DNA of 44,432 nucleotides from Candidatus Kerfeldbacteria bacterium (GTDB lineage Bacteria > Patescibacteriota > Patescibacteriia > SBBC01), in the NCBI GenBank assembly GCA_043799405.1, contig JAZDNT010000004.1, positions 70,206 to 114,637 on the forward strand, read 5' to 3'. Positions 17,175 through 26,242 of this stretch are shown here, piece by piece (position 1 is the first letter of the stretch; every line of letters starts with the position of its first letter). The notes under the pieces were generated by a model that saw nothing but the letters and a program-made list of their open reading frames with translations, searched no databases and had not been told where the DNA came from. The position numbers and the translations under genes were made by a program.

Positions 17175-18257
17175 ATGAAATCTCGCGTGTTGATTCTCCC
17201 GATTCCGTTACGTCTCACGGCTGCCGATCTTGAGCGCTACCGGAATGTGGCGACGATCCTGGCAACCGAGGGGACGGTGCACGTCACAGTTTCGATCATG
17301 CAGAACGCGGCGAGTGAAGTGATCGATGGGGTCCTGAAGGTGCTGCGCGATTCATACGGCGTCACGGCGAGGAATGTGCCAGAGTACATGACGACGAATG
17401 AGGCCGCTGGGGTCGCGAACGTCACGCTCGTGTGTGAGGCGGTCGACTATTCGAGGTTCCTCGACATCGATCCGGTGATTCACTTCACTGGATTTCCCGG
17501 GCACGCTCACGATCGTAACGGTGCAAAGGAGTCCCCACGGCTGCTAGAGATGATGGAGCGCGGGCCGTTTACGGCGATCTATACCGTCCCTGACGACGGG
17601 AATGTGCGCTGCAATCCGGCTGGCTATTGGACAGTCGCTATCGCTGGTCAGCTCAGCGCGTCCAGTTCTTGCGGCTACGGCCTGGGCGTCGTGCGCCTGG
17701 AACTGCCGTTCAAGCGGGGCCAGAGCAGCGCGCGAATTCACGTCCGGATCGTGCCGAAGCCCGAAGCGGTGGTTCTGCCATCAGCATCCCGCTTGAATCT
17801 ACCGGACTGCCCAAAGTGCGGTCCTGGATACAGGATGACCTGGACTCAAACGTTGGAGGGCAGCCACTGGAAGTGTCCGAACTGCTGTCACACGCTTAAG
17901 CCGAATGGATCAGCATCGACGTCCGAAGCGCCCGTGAGAGAGAACCTCTCACCCGCAGGCGTGCGACTCACGCTGATGGACCCCTCAGTTCCTACCAAGA
18001 TTGCGGACAAGGATGAAGTCGAGCTTCTTCTGGCAAAAGTCGCAGCGGGGCTGGAGGTTGAGGCGGTCTTCAGTGCTCCAATGCAAGTGGTCGACGAGGT
18101 ATGCGGTTCCCATAGCCGCACCTTGGCCGAAGGTTACATCAGGGAATGGCTGGAGGAACGCGGCGCGAAGAACGCCATCGTCAATGTCCAGTGCACCCAA
18201 CGGCGCGGGGACAACACCTTCTACGTCGAGTTCCAGCGGCGGACCGAGGGAGCGTAA
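17175..18257 (+). CDS. Hypothetical protein with a central zinc ribbon
   Basis: 360 aa, GGAGG SD, CPKC...CPNC; N-terminal GHAHD/NPAG weakly recalls a metallophosphoesterase. Confidence 0.7.
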   Translation: MKSRVLILPIPLRLTAADLERYRNVATILATEGTVHVTVSIMQNAASEVIDGVLKVLRDSYGVTARNVPEYMTTNEAAGVANVTLVCEAVDYSRFLDIDPVIHFTGFPGHAHDRNGAKESPRLLEMMERGPFTAIYTVPDDGNVRCNPAGYWTVAIAGQLSASSSCGYGLGVVRLELPFKRGQSSARIHVRIVPKPEAVVLPSASRLNLPDCPKCGPGYRMTWTQTLEGSHWKCPNCCHTLKPNGSASTSEAPVRENLSPAGVRLTLMDPSVPTKIADKDEVELLLAKVAAGLEVEAVFSAPMQVVDEVCGSHSRTLAEGYIREWLEERGAKNAIVNVQCTQRRGDNTFYVEFQRRTEGA

Positions 18258-18259
18258 AG

Positions 18260-18661
18260 ATGTCGCTCGTCGACTTCTACCTCAAGAAGCTCGCGACCGT
18301 CGCGCTACAACCCGTGGGCATGACGTGGGCAGAGCTGCTGGGTCTATTGCGGGGAATTCAGGAGGATGGCCACCGCGTCGTCGAGTTCACGTTCGAGCGT
18401 CCTGAGGAGGCATGTTTCACTTCCCAGGCCGAGCTCGAGCAATCGATCCTGATGGCGCTTCGACAGATCGAGACAGCGTCATGGTTCCAGATTGATGCTA
18501 TAAGTCAAAGCACCGATTCGCGCGTCGTTCGGTTCCGTGCGCAATTCGGCCGTGGCGAACCGCTCGGGCCGTATGACAAGGTACGCTGTAGGTGCGGTCG
18601 GCTGAATGACCGGTCCAACACCTACTGCATCAGATGCGGACTCGGGCTTATACGGTGGTAG
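18260..18661 (+). CDS. Hypothetical protein with a C-terminal zinc ribbon
   Basis: ATG 2 nt after the upstream stop, SD-like GAGGGAG, CRC...CIRC. Confidence 0.7.
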   Translation: MSLVDFYLKKLATVALQPVGMTWAELLGLLRGIQEDGHRVVEFTFERPEEACFTSQAELEQSILMALRQIETASWFQIDAISQSTDSRVVRFRAQFGRGEPLGPYDKVRCRCGRLNDRSNTYCIRCGLGLIRW

Positions 18662-18682
18662 TTCGTGTGAGATATATCTTTG

Positions 18683-18722
18683 CGGCCGCTCTTATCCTGT
18701 GAGGTAGGGGCGGCCGGTTTCA
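18683..18722 (+). terminator. Intrinsic terminator-like hairpin of the zinc-ribbon operon
   Basis: About 14-bp stem (CGGCCGCUCUUAUC/GGUAGGGGCGGCCG) whose G-U pairs work on + only; short T-rich tail. Confidence 0.55.
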
Positions 18723-18723
18723 T

Positions 18724-19743
18724 TTATACGGAAAGTCCCGGCGCGATATCCGTCGTTTTCCAAGCGGACCGTTTTGACGTTCCGGGAAAATGCGCCGCAG
18801 CGAGCCCTATCATTCCCGCGTTATCCATACAGAGAGGAAGCGGCGGTTGATGGTACGTCGGATGCCAGGGAAGATGACGCGCTGCACGCGAGAGCCGCTG
18901 CCGCAGCTCTTTGTTCGCTGCAACGCCTCCGGCAAGAAGTATTTCCTTCGGCCGGTACTGACGTGCGGCGCGCATCGTTTTTTCAACAAGAACGTCGACG
19001 ATGGCTTTTTGTATGGAAGCACAAAGGTCAGCAACCTTTCGCCGTGATCGCAGAATTGTCCTGTCTTTTTCAACGAGGTAGCGGACCGACGTTTTCAATC
19101 CGGCAAAACTGAACTCGAGATTCTTTTCTGTGAGCATGGGATGCGGGAGGTCGTATGCGGATGGGTTACCCTGAGCCGCCATACGTTCGATCGCTGGTCC
19201 GCCTGGATACCCGAGCCTCAAAAGCTGCGCGGTCTTATCGAAGCACTCCCCTGCCGCGTCGTCCCGCGTACTGCCGAGTCGACGTAATGTCATGTTTCTA
19301 GAGATGAGGATGAGTTCGGTGTGTCCGCCTGAAACCACGAGCGAAAGCGCCGGAAGGATCGGTCGACGACCGTTCCAGTTAGCTGCAATGTGACCGTGGA
19401 TGTGATTGACCGGAATCAGCGGTTTCCCGAGCGCGTAACTCAATGCTTTTGCCGTTTCAACGCCTACTGCGAGCGCGGTATGAAGCCCGGGACCGGCAGT
19501 AACAGCGATCTCGGTCATATCTTTGAGCGTGCAGCGCGCCCGTCGTAGCGCTTGGGTTACCGAAGGAATGATCGGTCCGACGTGCTCGCGTGCCGCCACC
19601 TCCGGTACGACGCCCCCGGTTCTCGCATGGATCGCGATTTGCGAGGCGACGACGTTCGACGTGATCTGTGCGATGCCGTGGCGTTGCATGATGACGGCGG
19701 CGCTCGTTTCATCGCACGAGGTCTCGATGGCGAGGATGTTCAT
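18724..19743 (-). CDS. tsaD: tRNA N6-adenosine threonylcarbamoyltransferase TsaD
   Basis: IETSCDETS, HIHGH, VSGGHT, DDAAGECFDK, FSFAGLKT, GGVAAN, DNAGMI. Confidence 0.97.
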   Translation of the reverse strand: MNILAIETSCDETSAAVIMQRHGIAQITSNVVASQIAIHARTGGVVPEVAAREHVGPIIPSVTQALRRARCTLKDMTEIAVTAGPGLHTALAVGVETAKALSYALGKPLIPVNHIHGHIAANWNGRRPILPALSLVVSGGHTELILISRNMTLRRLGSTRDDAAGECFDKTAQLLRLGYPGGPAIERMAAQGNPSAYDLPHPMLTEKNLEFSFAGLKTSVRYLVEKDRTILRSRRKVADLCASIQKAIVDVLVEKTMRAARQYRPKEILLAGGVAANKELRQRLSRAARHLPWHPTYHQPPLPLCMDNAGMIGLAAAHFPGTSKRSAWKTTDIAPGLSV

Positions 19744-20264
19744 AGTAAGTGCAAGGCGTCGAGCGTACGGTAGGCGGTCTCACTATCCGAGAGGTTTGCT
19801 GAACGTATGTGCTGGCGGAATTTTGGCAGCGACATCAGAACCACCTCTGTCATTTCAGAACATTCATTTTGTGGTTCACGCACCCACACGGCATCAGTAA
19901 TGATGTAATGGTAGCGTATTTTTTTCGACCACGCATCGTCATTACTCTTCCCGATAAACCGGATTTTTCCCCGGTACCCGGTTTCTTCCAGAACTTCCCG
20001 CTGGATGGCGACGCGTGGCGACTCATTGGGCCCTACGCCACCCGCGGGGAGCTCGGTCAGGATACGACCAAGACCCGCGCGGAACTGACGGGCAAGGACG
20101 ACCTTACGGTCCCGCGTCAGTACCAGCGCACACACAAGAGTACCGATATCGTTGAGGTAGAAATCGCCCGTGTAACCGTTCGGCAAACGAAAGCGCATTT
20201 TCAGCATCGACCGGTATCGGTTCAGCCGGATCCGTTTTTCCGATAATTTTTGCCAGAGTTTCAT
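19740..20264 (-). CDS. NUDIX hydrolase (ADP-ribose pyrophosphatase-like)
   Basis: QFR...ELPAG and Nudix box G.....E.......REVLEETG; ATGA overlap with tsaD. Confidence 0.88.
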   Translation of the reverse strand: MKLWQKLSEKRIRLNRYRSMLKMRFRLPNGYTGDFYLNDIGTLVCALVLTRDRKVVLARQFRAGLGRILTELPAGGVGPNESPRVAIQREVLEETGYRGKIRFIGKSNDDAWSKKIRYHYIITDAVWVREPQNECSEMTEVVLMSLPKFRQHIRSANLSDSETAYRTLDALHLL

Positions 20265-20358
20265 TGCATACAGTATAGCAGAGAAAGCGTATGCCACTAG
20301 CGTTGCGCAGCGATCTTTTGTATACTACAGTGGAAACCGAACATTAGTAACAAAGCAT

Positions 20359-22320
20359 ATGAAAAAATCTCTCATTGCACTCGCGGTTTGCGGGGTGTTT
20401 GCCATTGCCGCGCCAGCACTCGCAGCTGACGGCACAATCAGCGGGACCGTAACGCATGCCTCCGACGGAACACCGATTAACGGGATTTCTGTGACAGCGA
20501 CGAACGTTGATACAGGAACTGTATCGGGTGGTTCGACTGACGTGAACGGCGCATACAGCTTTACAGCTGCTCCTGGAACCTACGACCTTACCCACTACAC
20601 CTACACGTCATCAGAAACAAATACGTACTTCATAAAGAAGGCAACAACCACCATAACAGTAGCGAGCGGCGAAACGAAATCGGGGCAGAATTTCTCCCTA
20701 ACGCGCCGCGGAAAGTTCATCGGTCACGTATATGCTTCTGATGGAGTCACGCCTATCTCTGGCGCAACCCTGACGATCAGCAATATCAGCGGTAACAGCT
20801 CTGGTTATGCGTACGCCTCGACGCCATCGACGGGGAGCTACACAGGAATTCCGGTCAACGGAGACAATACGCTCTCGGCGGTTGGGAGCTACACCTTTAT
20901 CGTAACAAAGTTAGGGTACTTTAGCGCATCAGTCACCGGTGTTATTCTAACAGGAGATGAAACGAGCGTAACGCAGGATATACGACTTACCCCGGCAAGC
21001 ATCGTTTCCGGTACGATTACTGATGCGAACGGCGCAGCGATTTCCGGAGCAACAGTAACCCTCTCTAAGAGCACGACAGGAACATCGTACTCTTCGGTCA
21101 GCAATGCTTCAGGCGCCTACGCCGTCTCGGTCTACGATACGTATCCCTTTAATGGCTCTGCGATCGCCGAATACCCGGTGACCGTGGTAAAGGCTGGGTA
21201 CGTTACAAAGACTGCGACCATTGCGGTTGTAACAGAGTCGTCAACGCTTTCCGGAAACAATTTTGCACTGGTAACCGCAGGAACGATGACTGGCACTGTT
21301 ACGAACAGTGCTGGCGGAGCGCTCTCCGGAGCAACGATAAGCGCGGACGATGGATTCGGGACTGTTACTACTGCTACCTCGGACGGGAGCGGCGCGTACT
21401 CGCTCACAAGCCTTAAGCCATCGACACGGTACATACTGACCGTGACGAAAACGTACTATGTCGGTCAAAAAGCATACGGAATTACAGTGACGGGCGGGGC
21501 AACAACCTCGGGACTGAATTTCGCCCTGCCCGACGCAAGAACCTTCAGCGGAGCGGTACTCGCAAAAGCCACGAACGCCCCGCTCGATGGCGCGGTCGTG
21601 TACCTCTACAAGAGGAATAAGGCCCGCACAGAGGTCTCGGACTTCTCCTTTACCATTAAGAGCGACGGCAGCTTCAATTTCCGGAGCGTTTCCCCAGGGA
21701 AGTACCGCGTGAAGGTCGTAAAGAGCGGGTACATCTCGATCGTGCTGGACTCTGTAAACCTCAGTTCATCCGTGAGTGGTACAATATACAAGATGGATCT
21801 CGCGAGTATCATTTCCGGCAGGATCACGACCGGCAAGAACGTCGGCGTGGCGAGCGCGGATATAGGCGTCTTTTCAGAGAAGAACGGAAGAGAGGTCGTG
21901 TACAGCACGACCACCTCGGACGAGAACGGATACTACTTTGTATCAGGGCTGAAGAAAGGGACGTACCGACTGAGGGTTATGGGCGCGGATTACGTAACGC
22001 AGGTCGTTAAGGTGACCGTAAAGACGGGCGTACAGGCAACAAAGAACATCAAGCTCGCTGTTGCCGGGTCGATATCCGGGTACATCACGGATAAGTCAAC
22101 CGGTCTTCCTATCGGCTCCGCTCTCGTAAGAGTCGTTGGTACGTCGATCGTCGTGTCATCCGATTCGAATGGGTTTTACGTACTCGACGGCATCGCCCCT
22201 GGACAGCGGAAGATCACTGTTGTAAACGCCTACTACGACCTGCCAGGACAAAAGACAGTGAAGGTTTCCGCGGGAAAGACGAAGACGGGCATCAGTTTCG
22301 CGCTCAACCAAAAGAAGTAG
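20359..22320 (+). CDS. Secreted protein with about 7 carboxypeptidase-regulatory-like (CnaB/prealbumin-type) repeats
   Basis: Signal peptide (ALA site); repeated ISG.VT....G.PI.GATV...SD.NG.Y....L.PG.Y units. Confidence 0.85.
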   Translation: MKKSLIALAVCGVFAIAAPALAADGTISGTVTHASDGTPINGISVTATNVDTGTVSGGSTDVNGAYSFTAAPGTYDLTHYTYTSSETNTYFIKKATTTITVASGETKSGQNFSLTRRGKFIGHVYASDGVTPISGATLTISNISGNSSGYAYASTPSTGSYTGIPVNGDNTLSAVGSYTFIVTKLGYFSASVTGVILTGDETSVTQDIRLTPASIVSGTITDANGAAISGATVTLSKSTTGTSYSSVSNASGAYAVSVYDTYPFNGSAIAEYPVTVVKAGYVTKTATIAVVTESSTLSGNNFALVTAGTMTGTVTNSAGGALSGATISADDGFGTVTTATSDGSGAYSLTSLKPSTRYILTVTKTYYVGQKAYGITVTGGATTSGLNFALPDARTFSGAVLAKATNAPLDGAVVYLYKRNKARTEVSDFSFTIKSDGSFNFRSVSPGKYRVKVVKSGYISIVLDSVNLSSSVSGTIYKMDLASIISGRITTGKNVGVASADIGVFSEKNGREVVYSTTTSDENGYYFVSGLKKGTYRLRVMGADYVTQVVKVTVKTGVQATKNIKLAVAGSISGYITDKSTGLPIGSALVRVVGTSIVVSSDSNGFYVLDGIAPGQRKITVVNAYYDLPGQKTVKVSAGKTKTGISFALNQKK

Positions 22321-22354
22321 CACGAAAGACCGTCGCGCAACGACAATAAAGAAA

Positions 22355-22385
22355 GAAAACGGCCGTTCTCACAACGGTCGTTTTC
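22355..22385. terminator. Bidirectional intrinsic terminator
   Basis: GAAAACGGCCGTT-CTCAC-AACGGTCGTTTTC between convergent genes. Confidence 0.75.
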
Positions 22386-22521
22386 ATGCCTTGTTTGGTC
22401 TGTCAAATTACGTAAACAAAGCCTCCGGTGTCTGCTTGAAGCGGAATAAATAGCATTCAAAAAATTCAACGCCCGGCAGGATGTTCGGTCCTTGCCGGGC
22501 GCGTGTAGCGACGAGCGAATT

Positions 22522-23898
22522 TCACTTCAGGATCGGAAGCCGTACCTCTGCGAGCGCACCTTTGCGATGGTGCGCATCGAGCGTGGTTCGAACCTCGACG
22601 GCGAGACGGAGCTTCTTGTAGGGAACCTGTACCCTCATTGCGATCCGGTGTTCCCACGACGCGGATCGCGCGATCGGCTGGTACGAGAGCCGGACAGACG
22701 ACGAGTCGCGTGACCACTCGATCCCGACATTCGCGAACCTGCTCATCCGTGTCTCGCGCGTGTGTCGTTCGGCAAGACGGAAGACGAGCGAAGCGGCGCG
22801 ATATCGGAACGAGCCGCGGACCTCGGCACCGAAGTATAGTGTGGCGCCTGTGGCACTGTTGTTGGTCGACCCGACGAGCGGACCGACAGCGACCTTGAGC
22901 GCCGAGTCGGCGTGCTGCCCCATGACGAGCCCCTCGAACTTGCTTCCATCGAGCGTCGCCCAGGGGAATACGATCACAGGACCTGAACCGAGCGTGAGCT
23001 CGGCGGCGCTTCCGGTTGCTGCGGGCATCTCCCCGAAAAAGAAGGAGACAGCGTCGCCTGCATGGGCGGGGTATGCAGGGATGAGCAGAAACAGACACAC
23101 GAGCGACAACGCGATGATGCGCAGCATGGCAGCCCTCCTTCGTGGTGAAGGCGACGCCCGGCTGCTCATTGTCGCGACCCGCGACATCGACACGCGTGCG
23201 TCGAGAAGCACGACGACGAATGCGATGGCCGTTACGATCGGCCACCACGTCACCGGGGCTTCTTCCGCGGCGTGATCGACGCGGTTCGTCGTGTGAGTTC
23301 CGTCACCGCCGTGAGGATTGTGTACGTGGACCACTTCCTGTTGCGTGGTTGGTGCGAACCGGTGCTGCAGTCCCTTCCCCAACAACATCGCGTAGATGAT
23401 GAGCACCGCGAGGAGTAGGTAGAGAAGGAAGCCGCCGGTACATCCCGCGAGGATGCCGGCACCGACGGACGCCACTCCCTCCGCCCACATCTGCAGCGGG
23501 TGATAGTGAAGCGTGAAGTCCGCCTTGTGACCAGTGCTGAAAACCGTCAGTTCGTCATCCCCGAGTCCGCTCTTGAAACTCAACCGGTAGAGCGCGTAGT
23601 CGTCGGGCGATACCCAGGGCTTAAGATTCCCCCGGGCATCATGCGTCCAGCGGTCGAGTGCTGCGATGTCGTTGACCCTGAACGCCGACCAGTGCCGTTC
23701 CTCGAGTTTCAACGCCACCCTATACGCGGAGTACAGCTCTTCCTTGTTCTGCGGATGCAGCTGTAGGAGGCGCCATTCGACGTACTGCGTCTCGACGAAA
23801 CCGACGATGAGACTCCTCGTGTTCGGGAAGATGAACGCCGATGCAACGGCACCAGCGATCCCGAATGCCAACCACAACTTCCTGTTCGTGCGTTTCAT
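22522..23898 (-). CDS. Hypothetical membrane protein read in frame into a secreted beta-rich protein (internal start 23127)
   Basis: GGAGGTGA SD before ATG 23898; AAGGAGGG SD before in-frame ATG 23127, followed by a signal peptide; no stop between them. Confidence 0.6.
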   Translation of the reverse strand: MKRTNRKLWLAFGIAGAVASAFIFPNTRSLIVGFVETQYVEWRLLQLHPQNKEELYSAYRVALKLEERHWSAFRVNDIAALDRWTHDARGNLKPWVSPDDYALYRLSFKSGLGDDELTVFSTGHKADFTLHYHPLQMWAEGVASVGAGILAGCTGGFLLYLLLAVLIIYAMLLGKGLQHRFAPTTQQEVVHVHNPHGGDGTHTTNRVDHAAEEAPVTWWPIVTAIAFVVVLLDARVSMSRVATMSSRASPSPRRRAAMLRIIALSLVCLFLLIPAYPAHAGDAVSFFFGEMPAATGSAAELTLGSGPVIVFPWATLDGSKFEGLVMGQHADSALKVAVGPLVGSTNNSATGATLYFGAEVRGSFRYRAASLVFRLAERHTRETRMSRFANVGIEWSRDSSSVRLSYQPIARSASWEHRIAMRVQVPYKKLRLAVEVRTTLDAHHRKGALAEVRLPILK

Positions 23899-24079
23899 CC
23901 GTATCACCTCCCTCCTGCACGGGATTGTGGACCGATGTTGAGGTCTTGAAGTGAAGCCGAGCGAAAAACCCGGCGTTGTCAATGCAGCGTTCCGTTACAG
24001 GAACGCTTGATGGTGGCACGAAAAGATGCAGTTGTCAATACATCAACATATCGCTACGAATACATGGCAAGTCGCGTGT

Positions 24080-24277
24080 TTATGTATTCGCAAACTCATG
24101 CACCATGCCACAGCTCGTACAGACGTATGATGTCGTGTTTTTCGACAGAAACTCGAGGTCGAGCACCGTGAACACCCGCTGATGCATTTTTGTCTTGACT
24201 GCTTTGAATCGGTCATTGCCGCAGAGAGTGCATTTGAGCTGGCGCTCTTTGATATAGACGTACTGTGGTTCAGGCAT
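24080..24277 (-). CDS. Small zinc-ribbon protein
   Basis: CTLC...CTSC, 65 aa. Confidence 0.75.
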   Translation of the reverse strand: MPEPQYVYIKERQLKCTLCGNDRFKAVKTKMHQRVFTVLDLEFLSKNTTSYVCTSCGMVHEFANT

Positions 24278-24315
24278 AGTGTTATGGCTGTTGTGATGAG
24301 TAGTTGCCTATCAGG

Positions 24316-24600
24316 TTAGAATATAAACCAATGGAACTCCGCGAGCGCGGCGCCTCCGAGAATGGCCACCATCGATACCGCATCGATCGTCTTTTTCAGG
24401 CGTGTATAATTTTTGATCGTTGCGTCGCTGGGAAAGACCGGCTTCCATCGCCACCAGGAAACCTGCCGCTTCGCGTATTCCGGATAGTGTTCAACCGCAT
24501 ACTGCCGCATGGCGCGCGAGACGAAGAACGACCATACCGAGAGCGCGAAACCGATACCCAGCACAGTGAATCCAATGGCATGACGGAGTTCGTTGCTCAT
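24316..24600 (-). CDS. Small 2-TM membrane protein
   Basis: Two hydrophobic helices; 4-nt overlap with the upstream gene. Confidence 0.6.
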   Translation of the reverse strand: MSNELRHAIGFTVLGIGFALSVWSFFVSRAMRQYAVEHYPEYAKRQVSWWRWKPVFPSDATIKNYTRLKKTIDAVSMVAILGGAALAEFHWFIF

Positions 24601-25016
24601 AGAGCATACGAGCGTTTAAGCCAGTGCATCAGTTCGGCATCGAGCTCCTGGGCAGTATGCACATCAAGAGAATGCATGTACCTATGCGCCGAGACCTTCG
24701 CGACCTGCGTAATGCGCCTGCTCTTCAACTGCACGCTCGCACCGACGTGGAACCTGAGTCCGTCCTTGAGCGCATAGACCGCCGCGAAATCGCGTCCTCG
24801 GTGCGACAGGTGGATGCAGCACGGAAGCGACACGACAGAGCAGGGGCCTATGCGTGTCCGGAAAAGACGCAGGAGCTTATTAAACAGCGGCTTTGCCACG
24901 TCTTGTTTGTTCTCGAAATGCTGGCGGAGCGGAAAAACCGTGCACGAATGCTGCTGGTTCTTCCGTACGAACGTACGATGACACTTTGGACACCTCCAGG
25001 CAGTAGTCATATACAT
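24597..25016 (-). CDS. DUF5655-like protein with an N-terminal CPKC..H.C zinc site
   Basis: WRCPKCHRTF...NQQHSC and C-terminal ELDAEL..WLK.SY pattern. Confidence 0.7.
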   Translation of the reverse strand: MYMTTAWRCPKCHRTFVRKNQQHSCTVFPLRQHFENKQDVAKPLFNKLLRLFRTRIGPCSVVSLPCCIHLSHRGRDFAAVYALKDGLRFHVGASVQLKSRRITQVAKVSAHRYMHSLDVHTAQELDAELMHWLKRSYAL

Positions 25017-25198
25017 TATGGATTATGTATGTTCGTATCGGGTCGCGGGTAGCGCCCGGATTTCCTAAGGTGTTCACGGAGGATCCACTCGATCTGGCCA
25101 TTGAGGCTTCGGAGGTCGTCCTTCGCCCAATGCTGCAGCGCCTCGAGGACCTTCTTGTCCATGCGCAACAGGAACGATTTGTAGCCGGTTCCTAGCAC
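25016..25198 (-). CDS. Arc-like ribbon-helix-helix protein
   Basis: KSFLLRMD...EAL..WA.DDLRSLNGQIEWILRE, the RHH type that commonly follows SPFH genes. Confidence 0.8.
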   Translation of the reverse strand: MLGTGYKSFLLRMDKKVLEALQHWAKDDLRSLNGQIEWILREHLRKSGRYPRPDTNIHNP

Positions 25199-25202
25199 GG
25201 AA

Positions 25203-26072
25203 TTACTGGTAGAGCGATCCGGTGTTCACGACCGGCTGCGCATCGCGGTCAGAGGTGAGAACGACGAGCAGGTTGCTGACCATGGCGGCCTTGCGTTCCT
25301 CGTCGAGCTTGACCTTGCCGCCCTGTTCGAGCTTGTCGAGCGCCATCTCGACCATACCGACCGCGCCTTCGACGATGCGCTGGCGGGCGGCGATGATCGC
25401 ATTCGCCTGCTGACGGCGGAGCATCGCGCTTGCGATCTCCGGCGCGTACGCGAGGTGCGACACGCGAGCTTCAATGACCTCGACGCCTGCCTTCGAGAGC
25501 CGTTCCTGTATCTCGCCTTTCAGCTTTTCCGCGACCTCGGCAGTGCTGCCGCGGAGCGAGAGGACGCCTTCCTGGTGCGCGTCGTAGGGGTACGAGGTCG
25601 CCATGTTCCGGAGCGCCGATTCGCTCTGCACACGGACGAAGTTCTCGTAGTCATCGACGTTAAAGAGTGCTTCCGCTGAATCGACGATTTTCCAGACGAC
25701 GACCGCCGCGATTTCTATCGGGTTGCCGTCGCGGTCGTTAACTTTAAGGTGCCCGCTCTCGAAGTTCCGAATACGGAGGCTGATGCGTCGTTTCATATAG
25801 AACGGGTTCATCCACCAGAATCCCTCTTCCTTCACAGAGCCAACGTACTCGCCGAAGAGCTGCGCAATCGCCGCCTGGTTCGGGTTGATAATGAGGAAAC
25901 CGGAGCACATGGCGAACGTGAGTACGCCCAGCAGGATGCTGACGGGCGCAAGCCACACGATATCCTGCGAAACCGCGACAAGCAGAAGCGCTCCCCAGAT
26001 GCACAAAAACATGAAGATAAGGCCGGCTGCGCCCCAACCGCGCACGGCTTTTGCCTGTTTTTCCTTGCTCAT
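25203..26072 (-). CDS. SPFH/Band 7 domain membrane protein
   Basis: Two N-terminal TMs, [49 protein letters not shown]; AGGAG before ATG 26072. Confidence 0.92.
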   Translation of the reverse strand: MSKEKQAKAVRGWGAAGLIFMFLCIWGALLLVAVSQDIVWLAPVSILLGVLTFAMCSGFLIINPNQAAIAQLFGEYVGSVKEEGFWWMNPFYMKRRISLRIRNFESGHLKVNDRDGNPIEIAAVVVWKIVDSAEALFNVDDYENFVRVQSESALRNMATSYPYDAHQEGVLSLRGSTAEVAEKLKGEIQERLSKAGVEVIEARVSHLAYAPEIASAMLRRQQANAIIAARQRIVEGAVGMVEMALDKLEQGGKVKLDEERKAAMVSNLLVVLTSDRDAQPVVNTGSLYQ

Positions 26073-26137
26073 AGTATGTATCTCCTGCCTGCACCGTACC
26101 CGACTGCGCAAGGCGCAGGAGTGATGCGGTGTGGGTA

Positions 26138-26187
26138 ATTATCAATATGATATTATTATGATATATCTATCGTTCTTGCCCTGTCAA
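26138..26187 (-). promoter_or_regulatory. spfh-arc promoter with an overlapping repeated operator
   Basis: TTGACA (26187-82)-18 nt-TATCAT; repeated ATATCAT/TGATA units over the -10 and +1. Confidence 0.6.
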
Positions 26188-26196
26188 GTAGGTTAC

Positions 26197-26225
26197 AAAA
26201 CACCGCCCAATTAGGGCGGTGTTTT
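26197..26225. terminator. Intrinsic terminator
   Basis: AAAACACCGCCC-AATTA-GGGCGGTGTTTT. Confidence 0.8.
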
Positions 26226-26242
26226 TGGATGATTCGATTTCT

